From a virus (taxonomy: Duplodnaviria; Caudoviricetes): a stretch of 50,089 nucleotides of DNA. Shown in pieces: positions 17,398 to 25,200 of the stretch. Numbering within the stretch: the stretch's first letter is position 1; each line of letters opens with the position of its first letter. The notes under the pieces were generated by a model. It was not told where the DNA came from and did no database searches. It saw nothing but the letters and a program-made list of their open reading frames with translations. The position numbers and the translations under genes were made by a program. The stretch is from positions 1 to 50,089 of IMG/VR virus record IMGVR_UViG_3300029183_000007. One strand, 5' to 3'.

Positions 17398-17751
17398 ATG
17401 GTAATCGGTGCGATGTGGATGGAAGAGGCCAAGATACAAATCATGTATTCGACGGGCGAGATTAAAGTCCTAGAAATTCCGTCAATTTTGTGGAACGATT
17501 TGGGCGAATACTACAATCAGATGGATGGCCTGGGGATTGACAAGGGGACGGCGGACACAATCCTAGCGTTTCAAAAACTGTTCGAGCAAGAGTCCAACCA
17601 ATACGCCGAAGCCTCGGACAAGTTCTCCGGGCAGTTAGACCAAATTGTCACGACCAAAAAGGTCGAACCGGAATCACTTAGCCCGCTGTCCATCGTGGGA
17701 TGGTCGATAGCGGCATTACTTTTCCTTATCTTACTGGCAGGAGTCCGATGA
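17398..17751 (+). CDS. Hypothetical protein with C-terminal TM helix
   Basis: Hydrophobic C-terminus; ATGA-coupled to the next gene; start uncertain (17344 possible). Confidence 0.65.
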   Translation: MVIGAMWMEEAKIQIMYSTGEIKVLEIPSILWNDLGEYYNQMDGLGIDKGTADTILAFQKLFEQESNQYAEASDKFSGQLDQIVTTKKVEPESLSPLSIVGWSIAALLFLILLAGVR

Positions 17752-17999
17752 AAATTACAGTCAGACACGAGAAAGACGAAATCCTGAACAAGACGGGATG
17801 CGATATTAAACTGAACGTCTACACCAATAGCTACGCACGCAAGACGGTCGAGCTGGGACAGACGTTCGAGACCGACTGCCAGGGCTTGCAGCTCCGGTTT
17901 GAGGTCGACGACGTTCATTGCGACATGAATTTCACCAGTGCCGAAGCAGAAGTCCTGCTGGACAAGATCGAAGAAGTTGTCCGACCCAATGTAGATTAA
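17748..17999 (+). CDS. Hypothetical protein
   Basis: AGGAG RBS, ATGA overlap. Confidence 0.7.
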   Translation: MKITVRHEKDEILNKTGCDIKLNVYTNSYARKTVELGQTFETDCQGLQLRFEVDDVHCDMNFTSAEAEVLLDKIEEVVRPNVD

Positions 18000-18000
18000 C

Positions 18001-18040
18001 CTGTCCGACCGTGGACAGTTCAACATAGATTTTCTATACT
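18001..18040 (+). promoter_or_regulatory. Promoter with an overlapping palindromic operator
   Basis: CTGTCC-N6-GGACAG (18001-18018) overlaps -35 TGGACA (18012-18017); 17-nt spacer; TATACT (18035-18040). Confidence 0.65.
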
Positions 18041-18058
18041 TTCACTTTGGAGGAGCGT

Positions 18059-18691
18059 ATGATAACGCACCGAACACTACCTTACCTTGTGCTGCTGGCG
18101 ATTGTCGCATTGTTTGTGACGTGCGGAAAAGCACAAGCCCAAGCAACGCAACTGGACGCACAAGACGCGGTCGACACGGCGAAGCTGAACTACGACGACC
18201 AAGAAGACCGGATCACGGACGACTTTCTCATTCTGGCAGACAAGCAAGACCGGCTTGACGATCTACGGGACATCATGGACTTGTTTATTTCCAAGAAGCA
18301 GGCTGATCAGCTTGTTGGACTGATCACACAGAAAGAGCTGGACAAGTGGACGAAATACTACAACGAATATGTCGAGCGGTTCGACGAAATCCAAGACTGG
18401 TTGGACAAAGCGGAAGCCCACTTGGGTGACGCCATCGACGAACAAGCCGCGAACCAGTTCTGGCTTGGCCACGCACAAAACGACCTGGGACTAGGAATCG
18501 TTCACGAAGGGATGGGCAACTTGCAAACGGCTGAGGACTACTACGGTTCGGCCATTCTCAGCTCCGGGTTTTGCAACGATGGTGTGGACATAACGATTGC
18601 CCACTGTGTTGACGCCATGTCGGACATGTTCATTGCGGAGCCGAAGCTCAATGACGTGGACTTGGACATGAAGCAAGAAGGATACAAGTGA
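18059..18691 (+). CDS. Exported acidic helical protein; stand-alone (moron-like) unit
   Basis: Signal peptide ending AQA; GGAGGA RBS; own promoter and terminator. Confidence 0.8.
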   Translation: MITHRTLPYLVLLAIVALFVTCGKAQAQATQLDAQDAVDTAKLNYDDQEDRITDDFLILADKQDRLDDLRDIMDLFISKKQADQLVGLITQKELDKWTKYYNEYVERFDEIQDWLDKAEAHLGDAIDEQAANQFWLGHAQNDLGLGIVHEGMGNLQTAEDYYGSAILSSGFCNDGVDITIAHCVDAMSDMFIAEPKLNDVDLDMKQEGYK

Positions 18692-18726
18692 GAGACCTAC
18701 TTGGTGTAGGGAAGTGATAAGGCTGG

Positions 18727-18763
18727 AGCCACAAGGGGCGCAGAGACTCTTGTGGCTTTTTTT
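18727..18763 (+). terminator. Intrinsic terminator
   Basis: agccacaag/cttgtggct stem plus T-tract. Confidence 0.8.
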
Positions 18764-18777
18764 ATTGGGAGGGGACT

Positions 18778-19530
18778 ATGGATTACAAGACATTCGAGAA
18801 AGCGATACGCGAGAATCCCAACGACCTGATGGCCAGGCAGGCTTATGGGGACTGGCTTGAAGAGCAGGACGGCGGAAAAGACGCTCTGTTTGCTGCGTAC
18901 ATCAAAGGCAACCATCGGCCACGTCGGGTAAAGAATCCGAAAACTATCCAGTTGCGGGGCGGACGGATTCCAATATCCAGGTACGCGGCGGCCAAAGAAA
19001 TGACCATCTACCACGGTTTTGTAGACGAAATCTGGATACCTGGCGGACGATGGGAGGCAGGATTCGGCTACTGGCAACGTCATGGCGCGGTGAGAACCGT
19101 TCACCTAACCACTAACCCCTCGGTAAGGCTTAACGCCACGTTTGATGGCACGCTGAAAATCGTGTATGGTAGACATTCGCTAAGCCTAACGGTGGCCGAC
19201 TTCCAGGAGGCTTTTGAGATGACGGACACGCACTCCGTGTTCGCAACCAAGGCTCTCTCGCGGATGTGGCCACAGATCACGTGGGATTTACCAGTCGACG
19301 ACAATATCCAAGAGTTGTTCTTTGAAGCGGTGCTGGCTCTGGCCAAGGAGTGGGAAAAGGCCAAGCGCGAGATGACTCAGGAAGAGTACGCGAGAGCCTT
19401 GGACGTCAAACGCCGGTCAATGCACCCCGCATCGTGGAACTTCCTTTCGACTCCGGAAATTGAGGCCATTCTATGCAAGACCCAGACGTCATCCGAGACC
19501 AACCCGGATACAACGCTGACAGCGCCATGA
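18778..19530 (+). CDS. TIGR02996 (repeat-companion) domain protein
   Basis: N-terminal FEKAIRENPNDLMARQAYGDWLEEQ...AAYI, later HGFVDEI. Confidence 0.85.
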   Translation: MDYKTFEKAIRENPNDLMARQAYGDWLEEQDGGKDALFAAYIKGNHRPRRVKNPKTIQLRGGRIPISRYAAAKEMTIYHGFVDEIWIPGGRWEAGFGYWQRHGAVRTVHLTTNPSVRLNATFDGTLKIVYGRHSLSLTVADFQEAFEMTDTHSVFATKALSRMWPQITWDLPVDDNIQELFFEAVLALAKEWEKAKREMTQEEYARALDVKRRSMHPASWNFLSTPEIEAILCKTQTSSETNPDTTLTAP

Positions 19531-19892
19531 GCGTTTACATGGATCAGATTCGCACAAACACAGGCATTCACGATTCGCCGGCGAACGGTGTTCCACCGAC
19601 TGGCGAGTCTCTCCAAGGTTTCCTGGAACCCGAAACCAGACCCCAAACCTTCGCAGCGGTGCAGCACGCGAACAACGTTCCCCCACCAGCCATGCACCCC
19701 AGCGAAACGGTTCGCGTCCAAATGATCGATGGCAAACTCACGCTGATCGGCCCCATCGATGGGGATTACGACCCGCAGCGAGTCCGCCAGGCACTTCTCA
19801 ACCACATCGCACAACACCCACAATCGGAACACGTCAGCCAAATTCTCGACATTGCGTATCGTCTCGGTCAAAAATCTCTTCCTTTTGTCTAG
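19527..19892 (+). CDS. Hypothetical protein
   Basis: ATGA-coupled to the TIGR02996 gene. Confidence 0.65.
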   Translation: MSVYMDQIRTNTGIHDSPANGVPPTGESLQGFLEPETRPQTFAAVQHANNVPPPAMHPSETVRVQMIDGKLTLIGPIDGDYDPQRVRQALLNHIAQHPQSEHVSQILDIAYRLGQKSLPFV

Positions 19893-19948
19893 TAATCAGC
19901 CGTTCACTGCCCTACAATGTCGAAAACTCAATCCAGTGAACGGCAACT

Positions 19949-20257
19949 ATGACACCAGAACAATTAGAAGATTCACGCTACAGGAAGTGGGTGTATCGAG
20001 AAGACAATCAGGGAATGGTGATACGGATACTTGAGTACCGTGGTGACGGCACGCTCCAAGACGCGTTCCATCCGGTGGCGTTCCACCGTGGGATGACGGA
20101 CGAGGACTTCCAAGCCGCTCGAAGGAATTACAAACTCGCAGTACAACTCCAGAACGAATATGAGTCACCCAAGAGACCCAGCAAGCGAAACGGAACCACT
20201 GTTTCCGAAACGGCTACCGACGCGAAAGACAATCAAGCGGATCAAGCTAACGCCTGA
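19949..20257 (+). CDS. Hypothetical protein
   Basis: 102-aa ORF upstream of the terminase genes. Confidence 0.6.
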   Translation: MTPEQLEDSRYRKWVYREDNQGMVIRILEYRGDGTLQDAFHPVAFHRGMTDEDFQAARRNYKLAVQLQNEYESPKRPSKRNGTTVSETATDAKDNQADQANA

Positions 20258-20771
20258 CATTGTCGCGGACGCTCGGATTCTGTTTCAGTCGTGCGCGTTT
20301 CCAGAAACGGCCATCGCCACGCTGGGAATTCCGCTCCCGGTCTGGAAAAAGTGGATGAAGCGGGCGCAAGAGGAGCTCCAACGGCTTGATGAAGTAGAGA
20401 CGTATTTCTCGCTCTATGGCAGATACCGTTCGCGAGCTGTCCACAATCAGCCCGATGTGCGGAAAGGCGAAGCGATCTACGTGGAGCTGTACCACGCGGC
20501 CACTGGTGGAGCGGCTAACTGTTGCAACACACTGGTGTCGTACATTGAAACGGCGGCTAAGGAAGATTGGCGGGCGGCGGCTTGGTTGGTGGAACGACGG
20601 TTCGAGGAATGGAACCCGGACATGAAACGGCTTAGGAAGCTGGAAAAACAGTTCGAGGAACTGGTAGAACAACAGCAGGCTAAAGCCGATGCAGAATTTA
20701 ATCGATCGAGTGGAAAGGCAAATCGACCAAATCGAACGATCGGGTTTGGTCAAGAAAAAACCGCTGGTTGA
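20160..20771 (+). CDS. terS: Terminase small subunit
   Basis: N-terminal HTH-like region, DWRAAAWLVERR motif, position before terL. Confidence 0.75.
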   Translation: MSHPRDPASETEPLFPKRLPTRKTIKRIKLTPDIVADARILFQSCAFPETAIATLGIPLPVWKKWMKRAQEELQRLDEVETYFSLYGRYRSRAVHNQPDVRKGEAIYVELYHAATGGAANCCNTLVSYIETAAKEDWRAAAWLVERRFEEWNPDMKRLRKLEKQFEELVEQQQAKADAEFNRSSGKANRPNRTIGFGQEKTAG

Positions 20772-22269
20772 GTACCAAGGCGATCCCGTCGGCTATATCG
20801 AGGACGTACTTGGTCATCGCCTTTGGCACAGACAACACGAAGTCTGCCAGGCACTTTACACCCCACCCTACAAAGCACTCGTTACGAGCTGTCACAAGAC
20901 CGGAAAAACCTTTCTGGCGGCGGCTCTCACTTCGTACTATCACGACTGTTACCCCAACTCGCTCGTCATCACCACTGGCCCATCTTCGGTGGCGGTCAAG
21001 GATCAACTCTGGCGTGAAGTTCGCGTCCAAAGGCGGGATGCTGGACTCGGCGGATTCACTGGCGAGAAGGCAACCGAGCTGTGGGTAGACCACGACTGGT
21101 GGGCCAAGGGATTCACCACGAAAGACGGTGAATCCATGCACGGACGTCACCAACGGCACATGTTCTTTGTTATCGACGAAGGGTGTGGCGTTCCCCCTTG
21201 GGTGTATTCCGTCTTCAAGTCGATGTTCCAACATACCGGACTGCATCACTGGCTCACCATTGGCAATCCGCTAGACACCACGTCGCAGATGTACCAAGAG
21301 GAATTCTTGCGCGACACGCAAGGCGAACTCTCTTGGAACATCATTCGCATGTCCGCCCTAGACCATCCGAACATCGACGCTGGGATGAGTGGCCGGGAAT
21401 TGCCGTTCCCCGCTGCGGTCGATCACAAGATGTTTGAGGCTTGGATTACCGACTACGGTTGCGATGAAATCCCGGTCGATGAAGTGACCGACATGGACTT
21501 CCAGTGGCCACCGAATTCGGGCAAGTGGTGGCGGCCATCGCCGGAATTCCAAGGCCGGGCGCTTGGCCAGTGGCCATCAGCAGGCACATTTGGCGTGTGG
21601 TCGGACTTGCTCTGGCGGCGGACACTCAAGCGTCAACCGATCCCGCAACCCGACGGTGAGTGGCTCCCGGAAGTCGGTTGCGACGTCGCTTCGCGCGGAT
21701 TCAATTGGACGGTCTTTCATGGCCGGATGGGGAATTGCTCGGTTTACCACGACCGCAAGAACGGTTGGAGCGGGCCACAAATCATAGGCAAGCTCAAGAA
21801 TTTGTGCCAAGAGTTGGCCGAACGGTACAACGCCAAACTACCCAAAAACGTGACCGGGATACGTCCAGAAGACATCCCATGCAAGGTGGACGAGAACGGC
21901 ATTGGGGAGAAAATCACTGAGTTTGCCGACGACTATAACTTTATCGGCGTTCGGTCAAGTTGGACTCACTGTTGCAATGTGGTACGCTATCCTAATGTGA
22001 GGTCAGAACTTTGGTTTGATACGGCAGAACAAGCCAGGGCTAATCAAGTCGACTTTTCCAGGATTCCAGCTCGCTACTTGTCAATGGTTCAACAGCAGGC
22101 TTTCGCACCGCAGTGGAAGTTTGACGGGAAAGGCAGGAAGCAAGTTGAGAAGAAGGAAGAAACTAGCAAACGGCTACATGGGCTGTCCCCTGACGACATG
22201 GACGCAGTGAATCTGTGTTACAGACGCGTAGGGACAAGCGATGTGGCTGAATTCGTCGAATCTGAGTAG
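20689..22269 (+). CDS. terL: Terminase large subunit
   Basis: Q motif (HRQHEV), Walker A SCHKTGKT, Walker B FVIDEG, IGNP; nuclease motifs GCDVA, VDENGIG, SPDDMDA. Confidence 0.93.
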   Translation: MQNLIDRVERQIDQIERSGLVKKKPLVEYQGDPVGYIEDVLGHRLWHRQHEVCQALYTPPYKALVTSCHKTGKTFLAAALTSYYHDCYPNSLVITTGPSSVAVKDQLWREVRVQRRDAGLGGFTGEKATELWVDHDWWAKGFTTKDGESMHGRHQRHMFFVIDEGCGVPPWVYSVFKSMFQHTGLHHWLTIGNPLDTTSQMYQEEFLRDTQGELSWNIIRMSALDHPNIDAGMSGRELPFPAAVDHKMFEAWITDYGCDEIPVDEVTDMDFQWPPNSGKWWRPSPEFQGRALGQWPSAGTFGVWSDLLWRRTLKRQPIPQPDGEWLPEVGCDVASRGFNWTVFHGRMGNCSVYHDRKNGWSGPQIIGKLKNLCQELAERYNAKLPKNVTGIRPEDIPCKVDENGIGEKITEFADDYNFIGVRSSWTHCCNVVRYPNVRSELWFDTAEQARANQVDFSRIPARYLSMVQQQAFAPQWKFDGKGRKQVEKKEETSKRLHGLSPDDMDAVNLCYRRVGTSDVAEFVESE

Positions 22270-22272
22270 CCA

Positions 22273-25200
22273 ATGGTAACGCAGCAATACTTCCAAAGTG
22301 GGCCACAACATCCTCCTGGCCTCATCCCGATTGCGAACTCGAACAACGTCAACGTGTACGAAGTTCCAGCGATTTTGGGGCCAGATGGCAAGCCGATCAT
22401 CAGACCGTATGACGGGTTTGCCGCTCCTCACGTCCTTGGATTCAACGCCATTCTCTCGTCTGGCCATTACGCCTACTATCATGGCCGATGGGACGAAGCC
22501 CGTCGAGACAGTATTGAAAACTCGTTGGCGATGGCGAACGATGCCCACCTGCAAGGCATCATGCAAGAGCGGAAATTGGCTGTTGCGTCCCTGCCGTGGC
22601 ATATCGACGTCCCGAACGAACGTGACCCGTACCAACGACACGTCCGCGACACACTCACCAAAATACTACGCCAGATACACCAGTTTCCCGCGATCCGCTG
22701 GGCATTACTCTCATCGATTTGGTACGGTCGCGCGGCGGTGCAGTTCCGCTACAAGTGGTCATACATCGACGGTCAAAGATGTCTCACGGTTCGCGATTGG
22801 CTCCCGATCAATGGGGACAAACTCGGCTTTACGCATGACCACCAACCCTACACGCTGATGCACTCGGCGGAAATTGATCGTTTAACTGGAGCCACGTACA
22901 TCACAACGACTGCTGGTGGACGTGGCCTAATGTGGATTGGAGATTGGCGTGATCGAATTACCATCAGCCAGCACTACGAACGCGATGACGTGGATTTTTG
23001 GAACCCCGAACAAGCCGGAGCGGTTCATGGTGTCGGAGTCCGATCTAAAATCTATTGGGTGGACTGGCTCCGAAACAATTGGCTCACAAAGGTTACAGAG
23101 TTTCTCGAACGCGCCGGAATGGGTTTGGAACTTTGGTACTACGCCAGCGGAGACACCAAGGCCAAGCAGAGAGTAACTGAAGCGGCGACCAAGAATCGGA
23201 CGCACAAAACACGCGTCATCGTTCCGTGGTTGGAGAGCCAGGGAGACCGTCCGTCAGTAGAAGTTGTGGACGTGCCGATGAACGGTGCGCAGATGCTTGT
23301 CCAACTCATGGAGTACATCGACCGAATCGAAGAGCGATATATCGTCGGCCAGCATATGTCGGCCTCGGCTCAAGCGACTGGTCTAGGCGATGACGGCCAA
23401 GCCGACTTCCAGCGAGACACCAAACAGCAAATTAGAAACGCCGACGCACACCAGCAAGACTCAGCTATCACGGGGACGGAGGAAGAACCGTCACTGCTTT
23501 ACATCCTTCAGAAATACACGTTTCCGGAGTCAGTCCCATCCGAGCAGAACCCAAAGGGATTTCATGCGACGTTCCACCACGATCTAGAAAAACTCGAAAG
23601 TCTCGAACGGTTGGAAGCGGCTCAAATCGTGGTTGGCATGGGCGCTCCGGTCAAACGCGACGATCTGTACGCGGCGTCCGGACTCACCCAGCCCGACGAC
23701 GGGGACGATGTGATTGGTTTTGAGATGGGAGCGGAGTACGCGCAACAGATGGCTCAAGGAGATCCAGGCCAGCAGCAACAGCCAGGCGAAGAAATGGGAC
23801 TTCCGCAAGTGGAAGATGAGGAAGAGTACGAAGAAGGCCAACAGCCGCAAGAGGGGGATTTCTCAGAAGACGACCTCTTGCAGATGTTCGAGCCAGACGA
23901 ATTGGAAGCATTGGGCATCGGTGGCCAGCAGCAACAAGCCGTCCCGTATCGCCAACCCGACCGGATGATTACCTACGATTCTGGCCGTTGGGTGACAATC
24001 GGTGCGAAAGAATCGGACGGGGAAAGCAAGGGCGGTTCGCGCGTGTTCATCAAGGACGGGGTAATCACCAAGGGACATCCCGACCTCACTGGCAAATCCA
24101 TCAACAACATGAAAGGCCAAGCGAAGGGCGAGGCTCCAGGTGTGGCCACCAGGCGAGACAAAGACCACGCGGTGGCCGTCATCCGTAAAGAGGCCAAACG
24201 CAAAGGGATCAATCCGAAAGAACTTGACCAACTGGCCAGCGAACTGATGGCACACGATGACGCTTATGGCAAAGACCGCAATCTCATGCTCAGTTCCGCT
24301 CGAACCATGTCGAAGGGCATGGGCTACGGCGATCTATCGACCATTGCTGCTAGGCACTCACGCGGGCAGATCGATCAAAGCCACGTGACCGGACTCGACG
24401 ACGTGGCGGCTCGGATGCAAGAAAGCTATCCGCACATGTTCCAAACCGAGGACGAACACACTCGCGAGCTGTTTGATATGCTCTTGGCCGGAAACTCTCA
24501 ACGGGCTGACCGGGCGAAAGTCTACGAACAAGCCCTAGAAATCATGGCCTCTGGTGGCGGTAGTCAAATCGAAGATGACGGTGACCCGTTCGGCGAAGTT
24601 CCGTTTTCTGGTGTTGGCCGGATGATCACTTACGAAGGAACGGCGCTCGGGACGGGTAGTAAAAAGACTGGCCTCATGCCATCGACTAGCCAGTCCTCAG
24701 CAAGCGACTTTCCACAGACAATGGAAGAATTCGCACAGCACAAACCCGGCGACAAGTGGCATCCAGTACAGACGAAACGCGGGACTTCAGCTTGGCAGAA
24801 TCCGTACTCCGGTCATGTCCACTATGGCTTGAATGCTCCGCAAGCTGACGCGCACGAACACGCCAGGAAGATGATCGAGAAGCGAAACGCTCCTCCGAAA
24901 TTCGAGCCAACCTACAGCTCTGAACGGTCAGAAGAAAAAACCGGATTCACTAACCAGTTCTTCCCAAAAGGCTCGCACGTGACCAGCTACGCCGAGCTTG
25001 TGGGCGCTCCGAAGGGTATGCAGGGTTATACGGTTCATGGGCGGCGAGTCCCGCATGAAATGCACATCGCGGCGGACGAAGACACACACCACCAGTTCCA
25101 CACGTTCGAGCGGACAGCTAAGATTCTTCCGTCTGGCGATCTGTCGATCTACTCGAATGAAAACCGCGTGCGGGGCAACCAACGAGGTACGGGAGCGGGA

